Source: Hyphomicrobiaceae bacterium (GTDB taxonomy: Bacteria; Pseudomonadota; Alphaproteobacteria; Rhizobiales; Hyphomicrobiaceae). Taken from it: DNA of 64,000 nucleotides. Below are positions 44,959 to 54,964 of the stretch, piece by piece. The notes under the pieces are model-generated. The model ran no database searches. It had not been told where the DNA came from and was given only the letters and a program-made list of their open reading frames with translations. Each line of letters starts with the position of its first letter. Within the stretch, counting starts at the first letter, position 1. Location of the stretch: contig JALHMB010000012.1 in NCBI GenBank assembly GCA_022844275.1, positions 13,691 to 77,690 of the forward strand, written 5' to 3'. The position numbers and the translations under genes are program-made.

Positions 44959-47754
44959 TCATTGTTCTTTGATCCCAGACGCTGACGGCTCGCTGCGCGC
45001 CTCGGAGAACAATGCAAGGCGCAAACGCTTCTCCACCTCCAAGATCGCCAGCAGCATGATGCCAATCCCTATAATGACCAACCCATCCGAGTACGCGATG
45101 CTTCGGGTCTGGAACAAACGCTGCATGACTGGCAGATAGGTAAAGATCAGCTGCAATACGATGATGCCACCGACTCCGAGCAGCACAGCCGGAGTCCCCA
45201 AGACGCCCTGCACCGTGGTGGACGCTCCGTGGATGTATCTCACCGAGAAGAGATAGAAGATTTCCATGACGACGATTGTATTGACGACCATGGTCCTTGC
45301 CATCTCATGCGAATGCCCGCGGCTCTCTGCCCATGCGAACATGCCGAATGCACCGATGGCGAACAGCACCGAGACGAGGAGCACCCGCCATAATAGGACC
45401 GGCGAGAGAATAGGTGCATCCGGCTGTCTCGGCGGCCGTTGCATCACACCGGGCTCTGCCGGCTCGAATGCAAGTGCGAGGCCGAGGCCGACCGCCGTCA
45501 CCATGTTGATCCAGAGAATCTGCACCGGCGTGATGGGCAGCGTCAGACCCAACAGGATCGCGGTCACCACGATCAGTGTCTCGCCACCGTTGGTCGGCAG
45601 CGTCCAGCCAATGACTTTCGTCAGATTGTCGTAGACAGTGCGGCCTTCGCGCGCCGCCGCCACGATCGAGGCGAAGTTGTCGTCGACCAGTACCATGTCC
45701 GAGGATTCTTTCGCGGCCTCGCTACCGCCCCTTCCCATGGCAACGCCGACATCGGCACGTTTGAGTGCCGGTGCATCGTTGACGCCGTCGCCAGTCATGG
45801 CGATTACGGCACGCTCCGCTTGCATCGCCTCGACGAGGCGCAGCTTGTGCTCGGGGTTAGTGCGAGCAAAGACGTTTGTTGCCGCCGCCGCCGCACGGAA
45901 GCCCTTCTCGTCGAGCTTGTCGAGGTCCCGACCGGTCAGCACATGGTCGGGTGCATCAATACCAAGCTCGCGCGCGATGGCCGATGCCGTTGCAGCGTGA
46001 TCCCCGGTGATCATCTTCACCGCAATTCCTGCGGTGCGGCATTCCGCGATCGCCGCAATGGCTTCAGGACGCGGCGGATCGATAAGGCCGACGAGCCCAA
46101 TAAGCGTCAAGTCCTGATCGACATCGCCGAACGAAAGCGTGTTCTTCTCGGACGGGAAGGGGTGCGATGCTAGAGCCAGGACCCGCCGCCCCTCGCGCGC
46201 CAGCCTCTCGACCGCGTCGATCCAGTAAGTCCGGACTATCGGCTCTTCTGCGTCTCCTGTGGCCTGGGACGCGCACATATCGAGGATACTTTCCGGTGCC
46301 CCCTTTATGCAGGCGAGCACGACGTCATCGTGCGCCCGGTGCAACGTCGCCATGTACCGATACGCCGCATCGAAAGGGATCTCGTCGAGTCGCGGCAGTT
46401 CCTTGCCCAGCCTCTCGCGATCGAAGCCAACTTTGAGGCCGAGCGTGACGAGTGCACCTTCCATCCGATCGCCATCGACGATGTACTCGCCATCCACCGC
46501 GTGGACTGCCGCGTCGTTGCAGAGTAACGCCACCCGGGCGACGTGGGTAAGGCGCATGTCCGAAGTCGGATCGACCTCACGTTCGTCGATGCTGAACCCC
46601 CCTCTGGGCGCGTATCCAACGCCACCGACATCGTAGCTACAGTCGGCGAACACGACGCGCGTCACAGTCATCTCATTGCGGGTGAGCGTTCCCGTCTTGT
46701 CTGAGCAGATCGTCGACACCGAGCCCAGCGTCTCGACGGCAGGCAGCCGCCGGATGATCGCATTGCGACTTGCCATGCGCTGGACGCCAATGGCCAGCGT
46801 GATCGTCATGACTGCTGGAAGTCCCTCGGGGATCGCGGCGACAGCCATGCCGACGACGGCCATGAACGCCTCGGCCATAGGATACTTCCGCACAAGAACG
46901 GCGAAGGCGAGCATCGCGACCGACAGGGCGAGAATGGCCCAGGTCAACTGCCGCGCGAAGGCGTTCATCTGCCGGATGAGGGGGGTCTCGAGCCGCTCTA
47001 CGCGGCCCAACAGTGCGCTGATGCGGCCGAGTTCGGTTTCGCATCCTGTCAAGACAACGACACCGGCTCCTTGACCTGCCGTCACAAGCGTTCCGGAGAA
47101 CGCCATCGAGCGGCGGTCGCCGAGCGGCGCATCCCCGGCGACCGCTTCGGTGGCTTTTTGAACGGGCACGGACTCACCCGTGAGGATAGATTCGTCGATT
47201 CCAAGGTTTCGCGACTTGATGAGACGCACATCGGCCGTAACCCTGTCGCCGGCCTCAAGCAGGAGGATGTCGCCCGGCACGAGATCCGCTGCATCGATCG
47301 TGGCGCGCGCGCCATCGCGAAGAACTGAAGCTTTTGGGCTGATCATGCCACGAATGGCGTCCAGTGCGGCCTCGGCTTTTCCTTCCTGGACGAAGCCGAT
47401 GACAGCGTTGACCACCACAACGGCGAGTATGACGGCAGTGTCGATTGGATGGCCGAGCAGCGCTGTCACGACCGAGGAAGCGAGTAGCACATAGATCAGG
47501 AGATTATTGAACTGCTCAGCCAGTCTCTGCAGCGCCGTCTTGCTCTTTGCTGCCGGCAGAACATTACGGCCGTAACGCTCGCGGCGTTGTGGAACCTCGA
47601 CAGCGGCAAGTCCTTCCGGCTTACTTTGCAGCTGCTCGAGTGCGTATTGCGCTGTAGCGCTGTGCCAGCTCGAGCCAACCTCGGATGAGGCGTTGAGGGC
47701 GGATTGACCTATGGCGTCGAGACGCAATGATTGACGGGTGTTGTTTGCTGACAT
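44959..47754 (-). CDS. P2-type (Ca/Mg-like) cation-transporting P-type ATPase
   Basis: 931 aa from the ATG at 47754. It has an N-terminal cation-ATPase domain and carries TGESVPV, CSDKTGTLT, TGDGVNDAPALKRADVGVAMG and 10 TM helices. Confidence 0.9.
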   Translation of the reverse strand: MSANNTRQSLRLDAIGQSALNASSEVGSSWHSATAQYALEQLQSKPEGLAAVEVPQRRERYGRNVLPAAKSKTALQRLAEQFNNLLIYVLLASSVVTALLGHPIDTAVILAVVVVNAVIGFVQEGKAEAALDAIRGMISPKASVLRDGARATIDAADLVPGDILLLEAGDRVTADVRLIKSRNLGIDESILTGESVPVQKATEAVAGDAPLGDRRSMAFSGTLVTAGQGAGVVVLTGCETELGRISALLGRVERLETPLIRQMNAFARQLTWAILALSVAMLAFAVLVRKYPMAEAFMAVVGMAVAAIPEGLPAVMTITLAIGVQRMASRNAIIRRLPAVETLGSVSTICSDKTGTLTRNEMTVTRVVFADCSYDVGGVGYAPRGGFSIDEREVDPTSDMRLTHVARVALLCNDAAVHAVDGEYIVDGDRMEGALVTLGLKVGFDRERLGKELPRLDEIPFDAAYRYMATLHRAHDDVVLACIKGAPESILDMCASQATGDAEEPIVRTYWIDAVERLAREGRRVLALASHPFPSEKNTLSFGDVDQDLTLIGLVGLIDPPRPEAIAAIAECRTAGIAVKMITGDHAATASAIARELGIDAPDHVLTGRDLDKLDEKGFRAAAAATNVFARTNPEHKLRLVEAMQAERAVIAMTGDGVNDAPALKRADVGVAMGRGGSEAAKESSDMVLVDDNFASIVAAAREGRTVYDNLTKVIGWTLPTNGGETLIVVTAILLGLTLPITPVQILWINMVTAVGLGLALAFEPAEPGVMQRPPRQPDAPILSPVLLWRVLLVSVLFAIGAFGMFAWAESRGHSHEMARTMVVNTIVVMEIFYLFSVRYIHGASTTVQGVLGTPAVLLGVGGIIVLQLIFTYLPVMQRLFQTRSIAYSDGLVIIGIGIMLLAILEVEKRLRLALFSEARSEPSASGIKEQ

Positions 47755-48020
47755 TGTTTCCAATCTTCCGAATCTTAGCAGGGTGTTCTCTCATCCGATC
47801 AGGTGGCGGCGACCATGGGTGGCATCTCTGGACCTATGAGCCAAGCTTCGGAGGAGGATGATGCGTAGCGTTGCTTGCAATCTCTGCGTCGGGATACGAG
47901 TTCTCGCTCGTCATGATTTCGTTGGCAACATAGAAGGGTTTCGTGCGGTTCTCTGACTTTGGGGGAGCGTTCTCTCAAGCATCGAAGGCGCAGTAATGGT
48001 CATGGGAAGTTGGAGACTGC

Positions 48021-49289
48021 ATGGCGGAACTTGAGATCAAGGGTAAGGAACAGACTTGGGGTGCCATTTTGGGCATGGTTCTGTTTGTAGGGGTCCTCGT
48101 CACCCCAGCGCCCGCGGACATGACGCTGCAGGCATGGCGGGTCGTCGCCGTGGCCTTGCTGATGACTATCTGGTGGACGACCGAAGCGCTGCCTCTTCCT
48201 GTGACTGTGCTGGTCCCGATCATTATGTTCCCGCTACTTGGAATATCCTCAGTCTTCGATACCGCCTCACCTTACGCGGACCCGATTCTCTTCCTCCTCC
48301 TCGGCGGCTTCATCATCGGCGCCGCAATGCAGCGCTGGTTGCTGCACAAGCGCATCGGGCTTCTCGCAATCCTGTTCATCGGTTCGACGCCGAATCGTCT
48401 GATCGGTGGCTTCATGTTGGGTACGGCGCTGTTGAGCATGTGGGTCAGTAATTCGGCGACTGCAATCATGATGCTGCCTGTAGCCGTATCGATCGCCGCA
48501 TTATTCGACCGGCAGGATCCGGCGGCCCGTGTGGCGCATCGCAATTTTGGTGTCGCCTTAATGCTGGCTGTTGCTTATGGGGCCAGTATCGGTGGATTGG
48601 GAACTCTCATCGGAACGCCACCCAACGCTGTGTTGGCCGCATACATGGCACGGGAGCATGGCGTGACGATCGGTTTTGCCCAATGGATGGCGCTCGCGCT
48701 CCCCTTGGTGTTGGTAATGCTGATCGGCACGTGGATCATTCTCGTCCGGGTGTATCCGGTTGAGGGCTACATTGGTGCGAACGCCGAGCAGCTGGTGCGG
48801 ACTGAGCTTAAGGATATGGGGGAGCTCACCTCAGCCGATCGCAGAGTGGCGAGCATTTTCGTCGTGACCGCGCTCGCATGGGTGTTGCGACCCGTCTACT
48901 CGGGCTTGGTCCCCGGACTGGATGACTCTCAGATTGCCATTCTGAGTGCCGTTTCGCTGTTCTTGCTTCCATCGACGGCAACTGTCGGCATGATCTTCCT
49001 GACGGAGCTCACGAGCAATACAGCGAGTGCGGCCACTTTCCTTCCTATCGGTGCTGCCCTTGCGGTTGGCATCGGGCTCGATCCAATCGTGCTAACGGTG
49101 CCCCTCGCCCTTGCGGCCTCCTGCGCTTTCATGCTGCCGGTTGCCACACTGCCGAATGCCATCGTGTTTGCGAGCGGTCGAATTTCGATTCGTCAGATGG
49201 CCTACACTGGCTTCTGGATTAATATCCTCGGAAGCATTGCCGTCGTGGGCACAAGCTATTTCCTGGCGAGATTGCTGTTCAACAAATGA
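48021..49289 (+). CDS. DASS/SLC13-family anion:sodium symporter (possibly carrying an in-frame internal deletion)
   Basis: It has two hairpin SNT motifs (WVSNSATAIMMLP; LTELTSNTASAATFLP). The segment that normally precedes the second hairpin (a GGGL-containing helix) seems absent at ...LFLLPSTATVGMIFLTE. Confidence 0.75.
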   Translation: MAELEIKGKEQTWGAILGMVLFVGVLVTPAPADMTLQAWRVVAVALLMTIWWTTEALPLPVTVLVPIIMFPLLGISSVFDTASPYADPILFLLLGGFIIGAAMQRWLLHKRIGLLAILFIGSTPNRLIGGFMLGTALLSMWVSNSATAIMMLPVAVSIAALFDRQDPAARVAHRNFGVALMLAVAYGASIGGLGTLIGTPPNAVLAAYMAREHGVTIGFAQWMALALPLVLVMLIGTWIILVRVYPVEGYIGANAEQLVRTELKDMGELTSADRRVASIFVVTALAWVLRPVYSGLVPGLDDSQIAILSAVSLFLLPSTATVGMIFLTELTSNTASAATFLPIGAALAVGIGLDPIVLTVPLALAASCAFMLPVATLPNAIVFASGRISIRQMAYTGFWINILGSIAVVGTSYFLARLLFNK

Positions 49290-49329
49290 GGCTCCAGCTA
49301 CAGCACCTGGCGCGAGGCGCGATAGTACC

Positions 49330-49904
49330 GCTAGTCCGAATAGATTCCCCGCTATGATAAATGGAACCTCCGCCGGGCTTAGGCTGCCAAGATGGAAGGG
49401 CAGCGGGGTGAAGCAGGCTTGATCGGGCGTCGCGCTGTCACGTCTCGAATGTTGGCGCCGGGCATTTTTGGAAGTCGAGATAGCGGCCGAGTGCCTCACT
49501 GACGGCGTCGTAGGCCCGCAGGTAAGCCTCGTCGTATTCAACGCTGAGCGTCGCAGCCGCTCGACGAACACGTTGTCCCGCCACTCACTCTTGCCGTCCA
49601 TTCTGATCGCAATGTCGTTGTTGGCGAGCACACCGGTGAGTGCCGAGCCGGGGAACTGTGAGCTCTGATCGGTGGTGAAGGCCTCCAGCTTGCCAGGACG
49701 CGCCATAGCATCCTCCAGCCAAGGTTTGCTGCTCATCGCCTCTGCTAGCTCGCCGGGCAAATCGTGCCCGCCGTCAGACGGAAACTCGACGCATCGTCCT
49801 GAGTAGGTTTCCGCGAACGGCTCTCCGCTCAACATCGTGGCATCAGGCAGGTTGCCAAGTGGTATCATCAGGTGATATCCATCAGCGTTAGAATGGCGAC
49901 GCAA
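49330..49904 (-). pseudogene. Decayed IS3-family transposase (OrfB C-terminal) remnant; approximate bounds
   Basis: FTTDQSSQFPGSALTGVLANNDIAIRMDGKSEWRDNVFVERLRRS is followed, in shifted frames, by VEYDEAYLRAYDAVSEA and then ...TPDQA. At least two frameshifts are present, and there is no OrfA. Confidence 0.6.
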
Positions 49905-50087
49905 GACATTGATATCGCGATATAATATGGAGTGACCGCGCCCTCCCGTATGGAGCGCTACAATTGCAAGGACTTAGCTAATTTCCTGGGACGATTTCCC
50001 GGCACACCGGCAGCCGACCGAACGGGGAACGTCTGGCGACAATCTTGCGGTGCGCCAGCGCAAGCCGACACGGAATGCGCAGCGCCG

Positions 50088-52793
50088 TCAATGGCTAGCC
50101 CCCGGCGCGCTCGTCGTTGCCTTTTTCAGATCCAGGACCACGCGCATGAGGTGTGCGTCGTCTGGTTCGTCCTCGACGGTAAAGCCGAGTTCCGAACACA
50201 TCCGCAGCATGGTCTTGTTCTCCGCGAGAACCGATCCATGGATCTCCATGAGGCCCTCGGCCCTTGCATAGTCGATCACATGTTGCATGAGTCGCCAGCC
50301 GAGTCCGCGACCCTTGAGATCGGACCGCACAAGAACCGCGTACTCTCCCTGGGTGTAGTCAGGGTCGGCAATGAGGCGGACGACACCGAGCAGTTTACCG
50401 GTGCTCTCCTCCACTGCCACGAACGCCATTTCGCGCGCATAGTCGATCTGCGTGAAGCGGGCTAGCGCACCATGGGTGAGGTTCGTGCCCGCGCCAAAGA
50501 ATCGCAGACGTCGGTCGTCTGTGGTCACCGCGGCAAAAAAATTCTCGTAAAGCGCCTCATCCTCGGGGCGGATCGGGCGGATACGTACAGCGCCGATGGC
50601 GGCGATCGTTGCGCTGATCTTCCAATGTGAGGGATACGGCCTGATCGCCATCGCCACGCGCGGCTCGCGGACGGCATCGGCCACTTTCACTCGGGCGTCG
50701 AGTGCGATCACCCCTTTATCGTCGGCCAGCAGTGGATTGATGTCGATTTCGCGGATCTCGGGATGGCGCGCGGCGAGATAGCTGAGCCGCACCAGGCATT
50801 CGGCGATGAGATCGAGATCGGCGGCGGGACGATCGCGATAGCCATAGAGCAGGCGTGAGATCCGGGTCTGCTGGATCATGTCGCGTGCGAGGTTGAGGTC
50901 GAGCGGCGGCAGCGCATGTGCGGTGTCGCGCAGGACTTCGACCGCTGTTCCGCCGGCACCGAACATCATCAGCGGTCCAAAGGTCGGATCGACCGACACA
51001 CCAAGGATCAATTCGTGCGCGCGAGGGCGGCGGATCATCGGCTGCACGGTGAAGCCGGCGATCCGCGCATCGGGCATGAGAAGTTTGATCCGCCGCAATA
51101 CGTCGGCGGCGGCGCGCTCGGCTTCCTCGGGATGCTCGAGCCCCAGTCGGACGCCACCGACGTCAGACTTATGCGAGATATCGTCGGAGAGGATCTTGAT
51201 GACGCAGGCGCCATGCTCCGCGATGATGCCCTCTGCAAGCTTTCGGACCTCTGCAGGCGAGGTCGCGATAACGGTTCTCACCACAGGGATTCCGTAGGCC
51301 GCAAGAAGGTCCTTAGCCTCCACCTCCGACAAGATCGTCCGATCGGCTTCGAGCGCGCCGCGAATAGTGACATCAGCCTTGTCGCTGTCGAATGCAAAGT
51401 CGGGAAGCGACGGCGGCGTGCGCAATAGAGCTTCCTGGGCGCGGGCGTAGCTGACGAGCTGCATGAAACCGTCGACACTCTCGGCCGGTGTTGCGAAGCT
51501 CGCGATGTTCTTTGCCGCAAACAGCGTGCGCGCGTCCCGGCTCGCGCCGTCGCCGAGCCAGGTTGCGAGGACCGGCTTCGCGGGCGCACCTTTGGCCCGT
51601 CGCTCGGCCACGACGTCGACGATCTGCGCGGCAATATCGGCGCTCGATGCGAGCGCCGTTGGGCAGTTCATGACCAGGACGGCGTCGGTCTCCTCCGCGC
51701 CAAGCAGCAGTTGGAGCGCGCGGGCGTATCTCGCGGCGTCAGCGTCACCGATGATGTCGATCGGGTTACCATGCGACCATGTGTGCGGCAGCACGGCATC
51801 GAGCGCCGCGAGGGTCTTGTCCGAAAGCATTGCGAGCGTGCCGCCGAGGTCGCCAAGCCGGTCGGTCGCCATGACGCCTGCGCCGCCGCCATTGGTCAGA
51901 ATGGCGAGCCTGTCACCGCTGATCCGGGGATGCCGCGCGAGCATCTCGGCCGCATTGAAGAGATCGTCCAGCTCGCGTACGCGAAGCAGGCCCGCGCGCC
52001 GGAAAGCCGCGTCATAGGCCGAATCGGCGCCGGCCAGCGCGCCGGTGTGCGAGAGCGCCGCCTTGGCGCCGGTGACACTGCGGCCGGCTTTGACGATGAT
52101 AACGGGCTTCGACCTCGCGGCGCGACGCGCGGCCGACAGAAATTTCGGCGCGTGCGTGACCGATTCCATATAGATCAGGATGGAGCGGCAGGATGCGTCG
52201 GCGGCCAGATAGTCGAGCATGTCGCCAAAATCGGCGTCGGCCATGTCACCCAGCGACACAACGTGCGAGAAGCCGATGTTGCGGCCGTTCGCCCAATCGA
52301 TGATGCCGGTGATCAGCGCGCCCGATTGTGACAGGAAGGCCATGTCGCCGGCGAGGGGCTTCGGCGAAAAGCTGGCATTGAGGCCGATACGCGGCAACAT
52401 CAGGCCGACGCAGTTGGGACCTTGGATGCGCAGTGTGAAGGGGCGAGAGGCGTCGAGCATTGTCTGCTTGAGGTCGCCTCTGATGCCGGCGGTGATGACG
52501 ACGGCGGCCCGCGTGCCTTTCGCCCCAAGGTCGCTGATGAGCTGCGGCACGGTCTGCGGCGGCGTGACGATGACGGCGAGATCGGGCGCCGATGGCAGCT
52601 CAGCGATCGAGGCATAGCAGTCATGGCCGGCGATCGTGCGATGCTTCGGGTTCACGAACCAGATCGGGCCGGAGTAGCCGCCGCTGAGCAGGCTCTGCGC
52701 GGTGATCAGGCCCACGCTTCCAGGCCTCGAACTCGCACCTATCAGGGCCACGGAGCGCGGGTTGAGCAGTGCGTCGAAATTGCGGATCGTCAT
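50088..52793 (-). CDS. Pat-like protein: ADP-forming acyl-CoA synthetase-like domains fused to a C-terminal GNAT acetyltransferase
   Basis: 901 aa from the ATG at 52793. It has a CoA-binding N-terminus LLNPRSVALIGASSRPGSVG, an ATP-grasp region, and a C-terminal GNAT domain VLVRSDLKGRGLGWRLMQHVIDYARAEG. Its start overlaps the upstream stop (ATGA). Confidence 0.85.
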   Translation of the reverse strand: MTIRNFDALLNPRSVALIGASSRPGSVGLITAQSLLSGGYSGPIWFVNPKHRTIAGHDCYASIAELPSAPDLAVIVTPPQTVPQLISDLGAKGTRAAVVITAGIRGDLKQTMLDASRPFTLRIQGPNCVGLMLPRIGLNASFSPKPLAGDMAFLSQSGALITGIIDWANGRNIGFSHVVSLGDMADADFGDMLDYLAADASCRSILIYMESVTHAPKFLSAARRAARSKPVIIVKAGRSVTGAKAALSHTGALAGADSAYDAAFRRAGLLRVRELDDLFNAAEMLARHPRISGDRLAILTNGGGAGVMATDRLGDLGGTLAMLSDKTLAALDAVLPHTWSHGNPIDIIGDADAARYARALQLLLGAEETDAVLVMNCPTALASSADIAAQIVDVVAERRAKGAPAKPVLATWLGDGASRDARTLFAAKNIASFATPAESVDGFMQLVSYARAQEALLRTPPSLPDFAFDSDKADVTIRGALEADRTILSEVEAKDLLAAYGIPVVRTVIATSPAEVRKLAEGIIAEHGACVIKILSDDISHKSDVGGVRLGLEHPEEAERAAADVLRRIKLLMPDARIAGFTVQPMIRRPRAHELILGVSVDPTFGPLMMFGAGGTAVEVLRDTAHALPPLDLNLARDMIQQTRISRLLYGYRDRPAADLDLIAECLVRLSYLAARHPEIREIDINPLLADDKGVIALDARVKVADAVREPRVAMAIRPYPSHWKISATIAAIGAVRIRPIRPEDEALYENFFAAVTTDDRRLRFFGAGTNLTHGALARFTQIDYAREMAFVAVEESTGKLLGVVRLIADPDYTQGEYAVLVRSDLKGRGLGWRLMQHVIDYARAEGLMEIHGSVLAENKTMLRMCSELGFTVEDEPDDAHLMRVVLDLKKATTSAPGASH

Positions 52794-54367
52794 GGCGTCT
52801 CCGGATTTAGGCCGAGTTGCGATGCGGCGAGACGCAGCGTTTCGGCAGCCGGGCCGCCGGCATCGATAACGCGCCACGCGGTGGACATCGTGCCCACCTC
52901 ATAGTGCGACTGAACATCAACGACGTCCGGTGTCGCATCGGACGCATCGTTTCGCCGCGCGCCGACGCGAGCGATGAGCACATCCCGGTCTGCTGTCAGC
53001 CAGATGCCGTCGAAAGTCACGCCGAACGCAGTCGCGACGGTCTCGATTCCGCGGCGCTCCTCTTCACTTGCGTAGACAGCATCAACGACGACCGGATAGC
53101 CCGCCGAGAGCACCATGCGCGCCTTCTCCTCAAGCAACGCATATATGCGTGCGCTGTTCTCTCTAGTGTAGGCGCTGGACGGCAGGCGCTCCAGCTCTCC
53201 GACGCCCGCCACTGCCTTGCGCTCAAGATCGCTCCTAAGGTGGACGGCGCCGGGAGCACCGCCAATCGATGGAGCCAGCGTTGCCGCGAGCGTCGTCTTC
53301 CCCGTTCCCGAAAATCCGCCAATGGCGATCAGACGCGCGGCCGGTCGCGAGACATATTCCAGCGCCGCCGCGAGATACCCGCGGGCGCGATCGAGGTCGC
53401 GCCTTGCGGCCTCGGCATTCTCCTGGTTCGCCCGATCGACAGTTACCATCGCTCGGATGGCAGCACGGAGGCCGAGAAACAGCGGCAGCGCCGCGAGCCC
53501 CTCGAGATCGAGGTTGTCTCCGCTTCGCCAGAGATATCGGTTGAGGACGATGTTGGCCGCACGCCTTTGCCCATGGCGGTCGAGATCCATCAGCAGAAAT
53601 GCGAGGTCGTAAAGCGTATCGATGGTCGCCATCGCATCATCGAACTCGATGGCGTCATAGAGAGCCGGGTGGCCCTGCCATATTACGATATTGGCGAGAT
53701 GGAGGTCGCCGTGGCAGCGGCGTACAAATCCGGCAGAGGCTCGCCTGTCGAGCAGGTTTGCAGTTCTATCGATCTGGGCGTTCAGACCATCGGTGAGACG
53801 CGCCACATCGCCGCAGTCGAGTGCCTCGCATGTGCCGAGTGACGCGCAGATGGAGCGCACGAGCGTGCGGATGGGGGCGCTGCCGGATGAGGTTGGGTCG
53901 CGCTCGGCGACTGTGTGCGAATCGAACACGATGTCGGCTAGATGCTTCGCGAGATCGTCTGGGATGGACCCCTTCGTTGCAATAGAGTTCAGCAACACCG
54001 ATTGCTCGAAGCGCCGCATGTGGACGGCCCATTCTATAGCCTCGCCATCGCCAGCGAATGCCAGCGTGCCGTCGGTCGAGCGCGTTATCGGAACGCAACC
54101 AAGATACAGGTCGGACGAGAAGCGGCGATTGATTGCTACTTCGCGCTCACAGGCCGCCTGCCTCTTCTCGATGGTCGAAAAATCCATGTAAGGAAAGCGC
54201 GCGGCCCGTTTGATCCTCCAGGCGTCGGAGCCGCACAAGAACACGAGATTTCCATGTGTTTCCAAGCGCTCGACGGGGGCCGACCGGCCATGGGACATGG
54301 GATCCGACAGGAAGCCGATGACCTCGGCCTGACTTTCCGCCCTAGGTGCCCCGGCTTGGCCGCTCAC
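52790..54367 (-). CDS. Bifunctional aminoglycoside-phosphotransferase-fold kinase / P-loop (AAA_33-like) kinase
   Basis: It has the APH fold (CHGDLHLANIV, DAIEFDD) and a P-loop IAIGGFSGTGKTTLA. The GTG at 54367 with GGGAGG 6 nt upstream is my preferred start. Confidence 0.8.
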   Translation of the reverse strand: MSGQAGAPRAESQAEVIGFLSDPMSHGRSAPVERLETHGNLVFLCGSDAWRIKRAARFPYMDFSTIEKRQAACEREVAINRRFSSDLYLGCVPITRSTDGTLAFAGDGEAIEWAVHMRRFEQSVLLNSIATKGSIPDDLAKHLADIVFDSHTVAERDPTSSGSAPIRTLVRSICASLGTCEALDCGDVARLTDGLNAQIDRTANLLDRRASAGFVRRCHGDLHLANIVIWQGHPALYDAIEFDDAMATIDTLYDLAFLLMDLDRHGQRRAANIVLNRYLWRSGDNLDLEGLAALPLFLGLRAAIRAMVTVDRANQENAEAARRDLDRARGYLAAALEYVSRPAARLIAIGGFSGTGKTTLAATLAPSIGGAPGAVHLRSDLERKAVAGVGELERLPSSAYTRENSARIYALLEEKARMVLSAGYPVVVDAVYASEEERRGIETVATAFGVTFDGIWLTADRDVLIARVGARRNDASDATPDVVDVQSHYEVGTMSTAWRVIDAGGPAAETLRLAASQLGLNPETP

Positions 54368-54433
54368 AAGGATACCTCCCGCTCCAGCTAAAATGTTGAC
54401 ACGTACAACTAATGGAACCGGCAGACTGCGGCG

Positions 54434-54447
54434 TTGACACCTATCAA
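54434..54447. promoter_or_regulatory. FixK/FNR-type box (exact)
   Basis: TTGACACCTATCAA matches TTGA(C/T)-N4-ATCAA. It lies about 65 nt upstream of the kinase GTG on the minus strand. It also faces the dead P2-ATPase fragment on the plus strand. Confidence 0.5.
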
Positions 54448-54494
54448 TGGCCGGCAAACTCCATAGCTACATGATATTTTGGAGAGACGGCGAC

Positions 54495-54888
54495 GTGGTT
54501 TCTGGGCCATATCATTGATGCCTCCGTGATCAAGGCTGTCGTCGTCGTCAACGCGATCGTCGGTTTTGTCCAGGAAGGCAAGGGCGAGAATGCACTCGCC
54601 GCCATCCGCAATATGATCTCGCCGCACGTCGATGTGCTGCGCAGCGGGCCGGGAGAGCATCGCCGTGGTGGAAATCGTGCCCGGCGATATCATACTGATC
54701 GATGCCGGCGATCGAGTACCGGCGGACGAGTGCCTTCTGCGCCAGCCATGCAGACGTCGCTATCGACTAAACCTATCGGCCTCACCGATGGACTTCTGAT
54801 AGTGGCCATCTGCGTGCCGGCGATGGCCATCTTTTGACTGGAAAGGCATCTCATGCGGCGGATGGGCGTTCTCAGGACCTATAGCTAG
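54495..54888 (+). pseudogene. P2-type ATPase remnant: a short N-terminal piece joined to a C-terminal tail
   Basis: LGHIIDASVIKAVVVVNAIVGFVQEGKGENALAAIRNMISP parallels LGHPIDTAVILAVVVVNAVIGFVQEGKAEAALDAIRGMISP of 44959..47754. A frameshift then leads to VEIVPGDIILIDAGDRVPAD. The sequence next jumps to a C-terminal ...GLTDGLLIVAI...MAIF-stop-LE..L.RR tail. The whole catalytic core is deleted. Confidence 0.6.
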
Positions 54889-54964
54889 GGAGGCACCTTG
54901 TTCGGTGGTCACGCCCAATACGCGGAGATGACTGAATTGAGCACGTCGTCCGAAGACGAGCGCA

